A stretch of 64,000 bases of DNA, taken from assembly GCF_000142905.1 (NCBI RefSeq), contig NW_013657641.1, positions 192,907 to 256,906 on the forward strand. The letters are read 5' to 3'. Positions 22,601 through 32,545 of this stretch are shown here, piece after piece. The DNA is from Thecamonas trahens ATCC 50062 (Eukaryota > Protista > Apusomonadida). The notes beneath the pieces are model-generated. The model did no database searches. It was not told the DNA's origin and was given only the letters and a program-made list of their open reading frames with translations. A program made the position numbers and the translations under genes. Position 1 is the stretch's first letter. Every line of letters starts with the position of its first letter.

Positions 22601-22938
22601 CAGTCTTTATGGCCGAGTCCGGCGAGTACCCGACCTTTGGCTCGGCGTCGGACGTGCTCAACTGGTGCTCGTCGTGCTCACAGTCGACCGTCGATGGCTC
22701 GCGCTCTCGCTCGGTCACCTTCTGGGTCCGCAAGGAGAACCTGGTCACCGGCACGCAGCACTACGTCGGCGTCTACGCCTACCCTTACGCCAAGTACTCG
22801 TACTCATCGTCCTCGGTCTCGCTCTCCTTCACCACCGAGTACGCCGAGTACACCGGCGCTGCGGCCTCGTCGGCCCCCGCCCTCTGGGCCGTCGCCCTCG
22901 GCGCCCTCGTCGCCCTTGCCATGGCGATCATGGCGTAA
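19663..22938 (+). CDS. Secreted/GPI-anchored subtilisin (S8, KP-43/TagC-like) with PA and EGF-like domains
   Basis: Signal peptide MTNKAAALAAVMLVLALAG; triad motifs ADTGLD, HGTHVVGS, SGTSMATP, oxyanion AAANDG; PA insert GKIALV..NLQDKGAIAVVF; EGF CSSQGTCQNGRCKCNAGFAGADC; small-residue plus hydrophobic C-terminus. Confidence 0.92.
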   Translation: MTNKAAALAAVMLVLALAGLGAAQTGRGHFSLRHIESADTVHLRTGPIVTTKHAPSLELRSSVHAARAVANVHGHSDGYGQYLVHHVGPVTPESRASVETHLSSGSMAYFPHNTWLVVATAEEMAAISHEPVVLWIGAYKPEYRMHPHVTDVVMARAATKACTSEHVLLADVHYELVEAGTVDIHEVAAEVSARVAAEVPGASAQAAGSSLVSISVPCGSLSAAAAATASHPLVRWVENREVFETKNEYAKPLTQTFQSNPTSTAAKPFYSLSPPLDGTGQVVGAADTGLDTSNCMFSDTTVTTPYNTVNTAHRKVVQYISAQTSQSETFEDETGGHGTHVVGSILGNPRSGATNAGAITKYSGMAYNAKVAFYDFGISGGRLLSVSAKDDIFPPAYDSANARIHSNSWGAVNDPGAYTLSSQGVDEYTWARKDFLPLFAAANDGSEGLTSVRAPSTSKNCISVGASMNAWEAEADKIVRTEFDISIPAGSTTAYIAAFGARSFNSPLTGTYYSAQTSCSSASSSASGKIALVSVTSACDVTVQAKNLQDKGAIAVVFFYPYTRLPGESSTVTIPVVSVAESLESDFRGADGASGTISKQSSPNYSSDLSKGKNNMACFSSRGPTLDGRYKPDMTAPGDPSLSAYSNGASNTEICGDEAIFPMSGTSMATPTLAGVAALVRQYYVDGYHPTGSVVSANRMASPTAALIKATLLTGAIGHTGRVDTNSDCSSSGTKRNFADMSREEKRYYEGYGHVQLDQVLVQSSGSRKTVVFDEKTGLTTGNAKRFCFTAGSTLDFRATLVWTDAPGSAASTSALVQDLDLSVVYGTNTVVMGNEKIDTKSNKPIVDGTNNVEQVTVAGSSVTGSIGVTVAAYNTPQGAQPYALVVTGDNVAAAADTACSSLCPAGCSSQGTCQNGRCKCNAGFAGADCSISVTPITVGAASSVSASLNTDGWMFYSFSPDTSTGLDVKFTVSVSQGVPVFMAESGEYPTFGSASDVLNWCSSCSQSTVDGSRSRSVTFWVRKENLVTGTQHYVGVYAYPYAKYSYSSSSVSLSFTTEYAEYTGAAASSAPALWAVALGALVALAMAIMA

Positions 22939-23115
22939 CTCTACAGTCAACTGTTGTACTTCAAACAAACAATTTTCCTGCACCATCGTGTGGCGTGCTT
23001 GGGCATGCAGGTTGTGGTGCGCCTGCTGGGTGCGCGGCGGGTGGTGGCGTCAGGCGTCGGGCGCCGGCCACTTGTCGCTGCCGGAAGGGCAAGAGCAGTC
23101 ACCCAAGCAAGACAT

Positions 23116-23631
23116 ATGCGAGCAGAAGAGGCTGCGTGGTTTGTGGTAGTGTCTGCGCTGTGGGGCATGACCAATCCGCTGCTCAAAGCCGGCTCCAAGG
23201 GGTATGCCCGGCGAGCAAGTGAGGGGAAGCGAGAGAGGGAGGGGAAGAGCCGGTGACTCACCGGCGATCGGGGGGCGTACTGGGTCGGCGATCGGGGGCA
23301 CCGGGGGGGGGAGGGGAACAGAGTCGAAGATGTGGCGCCGTACGGGTGGGCTGGTCCGCTCGGTGGCTGGCTGGCGCAGACGGTGTTTCTCCTCACCCGA
23401 TGGCAGTACGTGGTCCCGTTTGCGGCCAACCAGGGCGCGTCAGCGCTGTTTCTCTACTCGCTAGGCGCAGCACCACTCTCGGTTGCTGTTCCGCTCACCA
23501 ATGCCCTCACGTTTGCCTTTACCGCCGCCACGGGATGGGTGCTGGGAGAGAAGATCAGCGACACGCCGATGCTGACGGCGGTCGGCATGGCGATGGTGTG
23601 CGCAGGCATTGCGGTGAGCATCACAGCGTGA
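23116..23631 (+). CDS. TMEM234: TMEM234 (EamA-like small transporter), 2 exons
   Basis: ALWGMTNPLLK..WQYVVPFAANQGAS..LSVAVPLTNALTFAFT..LGE; intron GTATGC..CAG 23202-23321. Confidence 0.88.
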
Positions 23632-23638
23632 GGTTGGC

Positions 23639-24840
23639 TCACGAGCGGGTGCCACGGCCAAAGTATGACGTCGATGCTGCAAGCAGCATATTATCGGCAA
23701 TCAATGACGTGGGTTGGATGGTCATGTACGGCGTCGATGACGCGGCCTCGAGCAGCTCGGCAGGCGACTCGAGAATCGACGAGAGGCTGGTGTTGTTCGA
23801 CAGCGATGGCAGCGCCGACGATGGTGGCGACGACGAGCTACCGCGGCCAGATCCGCTAGTCGAACTGACGAGCGGAGTATCGTCGATGTGGCCGGGCGTC
23901 GAGTGCGCGTGCGGGAAAGCTCCCCACCGTAATTGACCTGGGTCTGTGGCATGCCCAGCGCAGAATTGCGGCGAGCCGCGCCCGAGTAGAGGTCGCTTGG
24001 CACATGGAGCGACAACAGCATCGTCGGCGACAGCACCGAGGCTGCGGAGACTTCCAGCGAATGTGTGCCCTCCTCCTCCTGCTCCTCCGATGACGACAAG
24101 TGACTCAACTTCACGGCGGCTGCAGAATCCCGATCACGGTGGTCCTCGGCCATAACCTGCGGCATGTCTGCCACCGAACTGGACGGCGTGTTCGGCGAGA
24201 TGTGGAGTGAGGGCAGAGCGGCCGACAAGGAATTCAGGTTCCCGCTCGCGCTCGCACTTGTCATAAAGCCGTTTGCACTCTCGCTCCACGACGCGGTCTT
24301 CAGCGACTCGTGCGTAACGTGGATGGGAACGGCAGCAGGAACAGGCTGCTGTGGGCTTGTCATGGGCGCCAGCGGATGATGGGCAAGCGCATACGGGTGG
24401 TTGTAGGCAAGCGCATGTTGATGGCCATGGACGAGGGAATGCGGGTGGCTGTAAGCGTGCGCATGCCCATAGCGATGAACGTGCGCATGGCCATGGCGAT
24501 GAACGTGCGCGGTCGCCTGGCGATGAACGTGCGCGGTCGCCTGGGCCTGGGCAGCCGCCTCGGCTTGGGCAGCCGCTTCGGCTTGGGCAGCCGCTTCGGC
24601 TTGGGCAGCCGCTTCGGCTTGGGCTTGGCGTGGCTGCAGGAGGGCGGCAAGGTGGGCCTGCTCGGCTGCAAGGCCAGCACGCTCGGCAGCCACCATCTCG
24701 GCCATGGCTGCCTGCTCAGCTAGCAGCATCCGCTCGTAAGCCGCAAGCTCACGAGCCATCTGCTGGACGGCGGCGGCAAAGCCCATGGCGCCAGCCGCCG
24801 CTCCCGAGTACAGCACCTGCCCCTCGCCTGCTGCAGACAT
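23639..24840 (-). CDS. Hypothetical low-complexity protein (AQAEAA repeats, His-rich, Ser-rich); apparent 1-nt frameshift at 23922-23925
   Basis: ORF 23722-24912; the -1 frame after NYGG continues with Ser-rich sequence to TGA at 23639-23641. Confidence 0.5.
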
Positions 24841-25582
24841 GTGCGACCGTCTCCACAGACAAAGAGTCGCGTGTGTCCGTCTCTCGGTCAAGACCTGCCC
24901 CCGTCTCGCCAACTACCCGTCCCCCCCTTCCCTGCGTCCCCAAGCTGCCCACCCGACGCGCGTGAGCGCCACACGGGAGAACGCTTGTTTGTGAGTTTTT
25001 TTTTGGTCACTTTGGGCCAGCCCGCAGTTGGCAGAAGCACCGCTAGCAGTCGTGGGCTATGTCATCATCCTCCATCGCTACATGCGTTGGTACAGCGGCT
25101 TACATGACATGGGCAGGCAAGATATGATGCTTGTGAGAGAAGGTGTGCGGGTATGGGAGCACGGCTGCCGTCTGTGGCGAGAAAACGGACGGTGACCAGA
25201 CGGCATCTTGCGCTTGCAACGACGGTCACGCCGACTTTTCCCGCTCCTACGCCAGCTGAGAGCAGCGAACAAGCATGCCCCCTGTCCTAGAGCAGGAGCA
25301 AAAGCAGTACCGCATGTGCAACTGTGTAGATTCGGGCTAGACAAGGCATCCGCGCCAGTTGAAGCCGACAACAGTATCGAGCTGACATTGCTGATATTTT
25401 TTTCTCGGCAGACAAGCTCCAGCTCCGCAGCTCGTCCAATTGCCGGCGAATGGGAAACCAGCAACGAAACGGCGCCCATCCCGCGCAGCCTCTGCCGCAG
25501 TTGATGAGCAACGCGTTCCGAAGGCGAAAGACCCGACTTGTGGTAGTAGGGCAGGGCAGGCGCGGACGAGTTGGACGGAACC

Positions 25583-27187
25583 ATGGCGTTCTCACCGCGG
25601 TCGCCGTACTCGCCGACGCTGCCGCGGTTCTCACGGTCCAACTCGGCGGTGCTGGACATGACGTCGTCGGACGAGAGTGAGTGCCTGCTGGCCACGCCGC
25701 ACGCCAACGTCCCTGCGCTGGACACGCCTTCTCTGCTTGATCACTACTCGCCCGGCTCGATATACACTTCGGCACACTCCCGCCCGCCGCTGCACTCGCT
25801 TACCGCCTCGCCGGGTGCCCCGTCGCCCATCCGCATCGGCACGCGCCACGAGCCCTCGTTGCGTCTGTCGTCGCCGCCTCCGCTGGCCGTCCCGGGCGCT
25901 CCCATCTTGCTGATCTATGCATTTGCCGCCGCCCTGACCGTGCGGTACGTGGAGTCTGGTGCTGCTGCCGGCGGGAGCCTCCCCGAGACCGGCGGCGAGG
26001 TCGATGCGCTGTCAGGCGTGCTCCGACGGCACGGGCCGGGCGTGGCGGTCCAGATGGCGGTGGCGGCGGTGGCGCATCTGCTGTGGGCGCGGCACTGTGC
26101 GCTGCTTCCCGGTGCGGTCTTTGGCTCATCGCCGATTACCACGCTCACCTGCATGGTGCTCGCCGCGGGCCTTGCGCTCCTGCCGCCGTCGGCGGCGCTG
26201 GTGGCGCGGTCGTCATACGGCCGCGAGACGCTGGCTGCCGCCGTCTTCTCAGCAGCGCTCACCGCAGTTCTCGCCGCCGGCCTTGCGCTACATCTGCTGC
26301 ACGCGCCGGCTTCACGGCCGATGCCACTGTATGCGCTTGCCGAGCTTGTAGTGGCGGCTGTCTTGCTGGTCCTCAACGCCACGTCGGTCCTCACCTTTCC
26401 TTGGGCTTGGCTGGTGATCCTCGGCCTTGCCTTGGCGTACCCTCTGGCAGGGGCGGCACTGTCGCAGACGCGGGCGGTGCGATTTCGCCCGCTTCTTAGC
26501 GCGGCTGAGGGCCAGACGCTGGTGACGGCGGCGGCGCGGGCCCTGGGCCTGCACATGGACGCCGTCTACGCACTCACGGCGCTGATGCCTGTGCTAGACG
26601 TCGCCGTTCCGCCCTCAGGCTCGCCGCTGGCGGGGACGCGAGCCGGCCTCGAGCAATTTGTCAAGGACCAGACCCGCCCGCTCTTGGGCTATCTCTTGGC
26701 GTGCGTGCTGATATGCCTGTTGTGGATGCGGTCTGCAGCGCACCGGCGGGCGCTGGGCGGGCGGGGCGCGAGCCTCGCGGTCATCGCCGCTCAGCTTGGC
26801 ACAGTCACGCTCGCTGTTCCGGTCTCATTCTTTGCGCGGCTGGTGCTCGCGCCGCCGTGTGCTGCCCTTAGCGCTGTATACCTCGGCGCTGCGGTCTGCG
26901 TTGCGGCACTTGCTGAGCTCGGCGTCTTTATGGCTGTCCGCTGGCGAACAGCTCGTGAGCGAGGCAGCAATGGACTCAATGATGTGCAGCGGATGGCGTC
27001 GCGCGCGCTCAACTACGACTCGATACCGGTGAGCACAGTGCAGACTCTGAAGCGCACAGTCAAGCGACGGGTGGTAGAAGAGGCGGCGCTCCCAGTCTCG
27101 GGCCTGGTTGTTGCGCTCCTGGCACTGGTTGTCCGACCCGAGGTGGCGGTTGTTGGCTTTGTAATTGGCCTCGCCTCGCTGTCATGA
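25583..27187 (+). CDS. Multi-pass membrane protein, TMEM175-like (divergent)
   Basis: About 12 hydrophobic segments in two halves; MDAVYALTALMPVLDVAVP..LLGYLLACVLICLLW resembles the TMEM175 TM1/TM2 pattern. Confidence 0.5.
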   Translation: MAFSPRSPYSPTLPRFSRSNSAVLDMTSSDESECLLATPHANVPALDTPSLLDHYSPGSIYTSAHSRPPLHSLTASPGAPSPIRIGTRHEPSLRLSSPPPLAVPGAPILLIYAFAAALTVRYVESGAAAGGSLPETGGEVDALSGVLRRHGPGVAVQMAVAAVAHLLWARHCALLPGAVFGSSPITTLTCMVLAAGLALLPPSAALVARSSYGRETLAAAVFSAALTAVLAAGLALHLLHAPASRPMPLYALAELVVAAVLLVLNATSVLTFPWAWLVILGLALAYPLAGAALSQTRAVRFRPLLSAAEGQTLVTAAARALGLHMDAVYALTALMPVLDVAVPPSGSPLAGTRAGLEQFVKDQTRPLLGYLLACVLICLLWMRSAAHRRALGGRGASLAVIAAQLGTVTLAVPVSFFARLVLAPPCAALSAVYLGAAVCVAALAELGVFMAVRWRTARERGSNGLNDVQRMASRALNYDSIPVSTVQTLKRTVKRRVVEEAALPVSGLVVALLALVVRPEVAVVGFVIGLASLS

Positions 27188-28402
27188 AGCGAGCGAGGCG
27201 CGGACGAGGGCGCGCAGCGCGTCGTGCGAGGCTGACAGCTCTGAGAGCGCCGCCATGAGCTTGGCGTTCTGCTCGCGGAGCTTAACGTTTTCTTCGAGCA
27301 AGGCCTCAATGCCACGGGTTTCCATGCCCGCGGCAAGGCCACACTCGCGGAGTGCGTCGCGAAGGCGCGAGACTCGCTCAGCGTCGCGGGCAGGAGACGA
27401 CGGAGACGGCAGCAGGGCGTCCAGGGACGGCGAGGCTGCTGCATCCGGTGCCGCCATCGGCATCGCTGAGCTTGTCCCGGTACTTGCAGTGATCGGAAGC
27501 TCGACTAGGACGGCCGAGTCCGAGTCGGCGACCAAGAGCGAGCCTGTGAGCGGGTTAAAGACCAGCGCCGAGGGAAAGGCGAGCGGCGGCGAGGCGAGCG
27601 TTGTCACCGCAGCAGTAAAGATCGAGAGCGAGCGGACGACGTCGTTGAGCTCGGAGACGTAGACTGCCGCAGTGGCCGGGTCGTACGCAAGCTTGAGCGG
27701 AAAATTGAACAGCGCCTCGTCGGCCGAGCCGTCGACGTGCCCAGCAGCACCGGTGCCAGCGAGGGTAGTGAGGACGCCACGGAAACCCGTGGGCGCACTA
27801 GCATCGGCCTCCAGATGCAGCGAGCGCAGTGCGTGGTTGTATGTGTCAGCCAGGACGTAGTTTGCGCCATCTAGCGCCACAATAGACTCGGGCCGATGCA
27901 GGGCGCCGGCGAGCTGGTGCGAGGTCGAGTCGGCAAAGCCCGGGTGGCCCGAGCCAGCGACGGTGGTAACCTTGCGGGCGGCGACGTCGACCAGAACTAC
28001 AGCGGCAGCCTCCGCCACCAGCAGCCACACTCGCCCCCCGGCCAGCTCCTTGTCGACAACCGCCAGCGCCCGCGGCTCGCGGAGTGATGCCTCGTCCAGC
28101 GAGCGCCATGCGTTACCGGGCGGCGGCAGAGGCGGCGGGGCAGCCGAAGGCGGGGCAACGACTGCGATGGCGACCTCGGATGGGGAGAATCCGGGAGACG
28201 ACGACGTTGATGGTAGCGGGAGGCGCACCAGGGCGCCAGTCACCACATCGGCCACATACACGGCATCACCAGCAGGAGCCAGAGCTAGAGCCGCCGGCGC
28301 AGCAAGCGGAGCCGAGGCTGGCGAGAGACGAAAAGGGGAAGCTGGGGCTGGCAGAGGTAGACGGCTTCGCCAGCAGCAACCACCACTCCAGATGGGCTCC
28401 AT
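27182..28402 (-). CDS. NHL-repeat beta-propeller protein with C-terminal coiled coil
   Basis: VTTVAGSGHPGFAD, LHRPESIV..LADTYNHALR, TLAGTGAAGHVDG..ALFNFP; start uncertain. Confidence 0.75.
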   Translation of the reverse strand: MEPIWSGGCCWRSRLPLPAPASPFRLSPASAPLAAPAALALAPAGDAVYVADVVTGALVRLPLPSTSSSPGFSPSEVAIAVVAPPSAAPPPLPPPGNAWRSLDEASLREPRALAVVDKELAGGRVWLLVAEAAAVVLVDVAARKVTTVAGSGHPGFADSTSHQLAGALHRPESIVALDGANYVLADTYNHALRSLHLEADASAPTGFRGVLTTLAGTGAAGHVDGSADEALFNFPLKLAYDPATAAVYVSELNDVVRSLSIFTAAVTTLASPPLAFPSALVFNPLTGSLLVADSDSAVLVELPITASTGTSSAMPMAAPDAAASPSLDALLPSPSSPARDAERVSRLRDALRECGLAAGMETRGIEALLEENVKLREQNAKLMAALSELSASHDALRALVRASLAS

Positions 28403-29211
28403 ACCACGTCGCGCAGTGGAGGTGGACACCCGGTGTGCATGGTGGAATGGGGTGGGGTAGGGGTGCAGGTGGGGGGGGTGGAGGCGGAGGTGGCGGGGAG
28501 AGGGGGGAAGGGGGGGAGGGAGCGAATGGCGCGATTTGGTTGGGGTTGGGGGGCTGAGAGATGGGAGGGGGAAGGGGGAGGTCAGGGGAGGGGAATGGGG
28601 GGGAGTCAGTGCAGAGAGAAAGGCGTGGTGGCGTGTGTGTGGTGATCGGGTGGTAAAGAGAGGGATCGAGTGCATGATGGGCGCGGGCGGAGAGAGACGG
28701 GGGGGGAACTGGGGGTACGGGGGGGGGACAGGTTGATCTGAGTGATCATGCATTTCGCAGCAGACAGAGCAAAGATGGTGACATAGTAAACATCATGCGA
28801 CACTCTGGGGCAAGCAGAGGATGGGTATGGATGGATGGATAGATGAATGGTGGATGGGCGGGCGGATGAGATGGGATGGTGCGTGTGGTGGATATTAGGG
28901 CCAGGCAATCAACGTGGTGTGCACAAGGCGTGGTGGTGTGTGTGTGTGTGTGTGTGTGTGTGTGGAAGAGGTGTTCATGGTGTGATAGAGAAGGATGGCA
29001 GATGGGATGGTACAGCGCAGAGCCGATGCCATAGATTGATGAGGAGCGAGAACAATGATGATGTCGAGATGGAAGCAGATGTGTGGAAGCCAAGCTGGTG
29101 ACGTCGGTCGGTTCGGAGCCGCACAGGCACGGCGAGAGGCAGGAGCCGGAGGTGCTGCACTGGGGGTTGAGCGGCGGCGTTGATCCGAGGGTGGCGCGAC
29201 TTGGGGTTGGA

Positions 29212-29754
29212 CTACGAGTTGACGGCAAACTTGTGGTCGCACTCTGTGCAGTGGTAGAAGATGGTCTGACCTTCATCGGCTGATCGGAGCTGTGCGGTGT
29301 GGAAGAGCATCTGCGGGGCGTTGCACTCTGGGCAAGGCTCGTCGATGCGAGCCTTCTGGGCGTCCTTGTCGATGCCCTTGCGACGAAGAGCCTCTGCACG
29401 CATGCCCGTAGGTGCCACGTTGACAGCGGTGACGACCTGCTCCGCAGCGATCTCTGTGCGTGTGCGTGCGTGTATGTGTGTGTGTGTGTGGGGTGGATGG
29501 CGGTGCGGTGGGCGTGTGAGGCAGAGTGTGGGGAGGAGGAGGAGGAGGGATGGGGGGGATGGGCCTGGCAGGCGGGACAGAGTGTGTGGAGGGGAGGGCG
29601 GGCATGGGACGGGCGGATGAGGGGAGGGCGACGTACCGCGGATGGGCTTCTTGAAGCCGCACAGGCCGCACATCATAAAGGTGTCGGAGGGGCGGGGCGG
29701 AAAGTACATATTGTGGCATTGTGGGCAGAAGCGGGTGGCGAAGAACTGGTCCAT
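29212..29754 (-). CDS. POLR1H: RNA polymerase I subunit RPA12 (2 exons)
   Basis: FCPQC..CGLCG ribbon and CPEC..QLRSADEGQTIFYHCTEC; intron GTACGT..CAG 29454-29636. Confidence 0.92.
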   Translation of the reverse strand: MDQFFATRFCPQCHNMYFPPRPSDTFMMCGLCGFKKPIRGTSPSPHPPVPCPPSPPHTLSRLPGPSPPSLLLLLPTLCLTRPPHRHPPHTHTHIHARTRTEIAAEQVVTAVNVAPTGMRAEALRRKGIDKDAQKARIDEPCPECNAPQMLFHTAQLRSADEGQTIFYHCTECDHKFAVNS

Positions 29755-29943
29755 GATGTGATGCGGCGGTGATGGGAGAGAGGAGAGTCGACGGGAACAG
29801 GCGGGGAAGAGAGACAAGGTACAAGGACGCGCTTCAAAAGGAGACTGTTATGGGCGACATGGCAGGCTCACACGCGGGGAGGAAGGGGGTCTGGATAGAT
29901 AGGTTAATCTACAGCAGAGAGGGCTCGAAGGCTCGACGAACGC

Positions 29944-31305
29944 TTAGTTGGTCGGGTACGAGGCGGCGTTGAGGATGCCGCAGGTGTTCGGGCCGCGGGC
30001 AAGCTGGATGTAGCCAGCCTGGCCCCAGCCAGTGCCCCACGAGTTCTTGACGAGGTAGTAGTCCTGGCCGTTGGACGAGCCGTAGCCGGCAGCGAGAACA
30101 CCGTGGTCGAGCTGGGTGCCGCACGACGAGGCCGGGAAGATACCGTTCGAGTACGACATCCACGACGAGGCATCAACAGCAACGGAGACCGGCTGCTGGG
30201 CAATGGCGGACATGAGCGAGTTGGTCGACGAGTCGACGTTCTTGTAGCCCGAGATCGAAGCGACCGACTTGCAGTCGGACTTCTTGCACGTGCCGTCCTG
30301 GGCGGTGTAGCGGTAGTCGTCCCACGAGCAGAGGCCACCGTTCTGGATCACCCACTGGAAAGCGTTATCCATGAGGCCACCGTTGCAGCCGTCGTCACGC
30401 GAGTCGCAGTCGACGAGCTCCTGGGGGGCGAGCGAGGTGAGGCCGTGGCCGGAGATGGCCATGAGGCCCTCAATCGAGGCGCAGGTCGAGAAAGCCCAGC
30501 ACGAACCGCACTGGCCCTGGTTCTTGACCGGGGTGACACCGCCCTTGGTAACCCAGTTGACCGAGGTCGGGAGGTCGAGGACGTCACCGTTGAAGGTGTG
30601 CACGCGGCCAGCCGAGGTCGGGTTGGGCTTGTACGACGAGAGGTACATGGCCTCGAACTCGTGCTGGGTGAGGTCCGAGAACTGGTTCACGGCCATGGTC
30701 CAGGTGTGCTTGCCGGCGGCATGCTCGGCGTTGTGGCGGTTGATCTTGTCGACGTTGGTCTTGAAGATGATGTAGCTGCAGGGGGGGTGGGGGTGCCATG
30801 AGTGGGGGGGGGCGGGGCGGGTTCTTCCAATGAAAATGATGGCGACGGCTTGTGCGACCGAAAAAGCGGCAAAGTCACGTGCGGCCATTGCACAGCCGAC
30901 GTGGTGAAGGAAAAGGGCTGCAGGACACGAGCGAGAGAGATAGGAGAACGGGATGAAGCGGGAAGAGCACACGGTGGAGCTGGGGAGGTAGAGATGGCGG
31001 GGGAAGGAGCCTGCGGGGCGGTGGGGGAAGCCCGCGAGGTGCGACGGTGGGCGGCAGCCGTCAGCGGAAAGCGTTTTTTCGCGTGACTTTGTCGTCAGCG
31101 CGCACGCCAGCATGGCGAGGTTCTGCGGAGGGAAGGAGAAGCAGGACACGTACCGGAAGGGCTCCTCGGCGGCCGAGTAGGTCTTCTCGTGGGTGGCCTT
31201 GAAAGACTCGAACTGAGACTGGTAGAGCGACTCCGAGAGGTGGGTCGGGTGGGCGGCAAGCGCCACAGCGGCAAGCGCAGCAAGAACAACGAGGGTCTTG
31301 TACAT
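29944..31305 (-). CDS. Cathepsin L-like papain cysteine protease (2 exons)
   Basis: Signal peptide, I29 propeptide (VNQFSDLT), QGQCGSCWAFS, LDHGVLAAGYG, KNSWG; intron GTACGT..CAG 30776-31153. Confidence 0.95.
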   Translation of the reverse strand: MYKTLVVLAALAAVALAAHPTHLSESLYQSQFESFKATHEKTYSAAEEPFRYVSCFSFPPQNLAMLACALTTKSREKTLSADGCRPPSHLAGFPHRPAGSFPRHLYLPSSTVCSSRFIPFSYLSRSCPAALFLHHVGCAMAARDFAAFSVAQAVAIIFIGRTRPAPPHSWHPHPPCSYIIFKTNVDKINRHNAEHAAGKHTWTMAVNQFSDLTQHEFEAMYLSSYKPNPTSAGRVHTFNGDVLDLPTSVNWVTKGGVTPVKNQGQCGSCWAFSTCASIEGLMAISGHGLTSLAPQELVDCDSRDDGCNGGLMDNAFQWVIQNGGLCSWDDYRYTAQDGTCKKSDCKSVASISGYKNVDSSTNSLMSAIAQQPVSVAVDASSWMSYSNGIFPASSCGTQLDHGVLAAGYGSSNGQDYYLVKNSWGTGWGQAGYIQLARGPNTCGILNAASYPTN

Positions 31306-31467
31306 AATTGCAGTTGAATGTACCGCGGGAAAGTTTGTTCCCTCGCACGCGACAGAGCGCGTGACCCGATCGGAGCGAGTCGAGCAATCGGGTGGGGGAT
31401 CGAGTCGAGCAAGAGGGGGGGGGGGAGGTGGGGAGAGGATTCATTGACAAGCGGCAGCGGACGAAGC

Positions 31468-32199
31468 TTACTTCTTGACGGGAGCAAGGATGGTCTCGAG
31501 CTGCGACTTGAGCTGGGCATTAGTGCGCTTGAGGAAGGCAACCTCCTCAGCGTGCTTCTTCTCCTCGAGCGCACGGCGGTCCGACTCGCGCTTCTCGATG
31601 GCCTCGATCTTGGCCTTGAGCTCCTGGACGGAGCGGGCGAGGTCGCGGTTCTCGTCCTCGAGGCGCTCGATGGTCTCCTCCATCTCGGACTTGCCCTGCT
31701 GGGCCTGGAGAGCCTTGCGCATGCCAAAGGCGACGGACGACTCGTACAGGGTCTGGTAGGCCTGGATGGTGAGGCGGATCTCGTCGCGGACGCGGAGGAG
31801 GAGCAGGCCGCGCTCGGCCGTGTTGATGGTGACCTGGCGGATGAGCTCGTCAAAGCACTGGTCGTACAGCTGGCGGCGGACGGGGCAGATGCCGGTCTCG
31901 CGGGCCTTGCGCTGCTGCAGTCGCAGATCAAGCTGCTCCTGCAGGTTGATGACGTCCAGCCGGGTGGCTGGCGTCGACGAGACCTTCTGCAGCCAGAGCT
32001 GGCCCTCGTCCTCAAACTCGGTCGGCGGCAGAATGGCGTTGAGAATGTCCTCGGTCTGCTGCGTCTTGGACGACGCTCCAGCTGCCGCTGCCGCTGCTAC
32101 CGCCGCGGCCTTGCCCTTGCGGCCACGCAGGTGCCGTTCCTGCGACTTGGACACCAGCACAGGGTTCTCATACTTGACCAGCGACTGGGCGAGCGCCAT
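31468..32199 (-). CDS. DNALI1: Axonemal inner-arm dynein light intermediate chain p28
   Basis: SLVKYENPVLVS, EDILNAILPP, ARETGICPVRRQLYDQCFDELIRQVTIN, YESSVAFGMRKAL. Confidence 0.95.
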   Translation of the reverse strand: MALAQSLVKYENPVLVSKSQERHLRGRKGKAAAVAAAAAAGASSKTQQTEDILNAILPPTEFEDEGQLWLQKVSSTPATRLDVINLQEQLDLRLQQRKARETGICPVRRQLYDQCFDELIRQVTINTAERGLLLLRVRDEIRLTIQAYQTLYESSVAFGMRKALQAQQGKSEMEETIERLEDENRDLARSVQELKAKIEAIEKRESDRRALEEKKHAEEVAFLKRTNAQLKSQLETILAPVKK

Positions 32200-32545
32200 G
32201 CTGGGAGGGAGGGGCGGGGGAGGTTGACGGGGGAGGGTACGGAAGGTGGCTGTTTCTGCGCAACGGGCGGGTGTTGAGCTAGGGTGAGGTTGAAGGTGAG
32301 AGTGAGGGTGTGGGTGTGGTGGGAGGGGTGGGGGTAGCTATGGCTACGGTGCCGGGAGTAGCCGTGGCTGTTGTCGGGCGGTGTCTGGCTTGGCGCTTTT
32401 GGCCCGGCCGCGCAACGGTTGGCGGACGGGCCATGGCGCGGGCGAACCGCGACCTTTTTGGGGACGCCTGATGTCAGTCGCCGCCCCAGCACGACCGCCA
32501 CGACGTGTACCTGGCACACACCGCTCTACTCTTCAAGGAGGGGGA

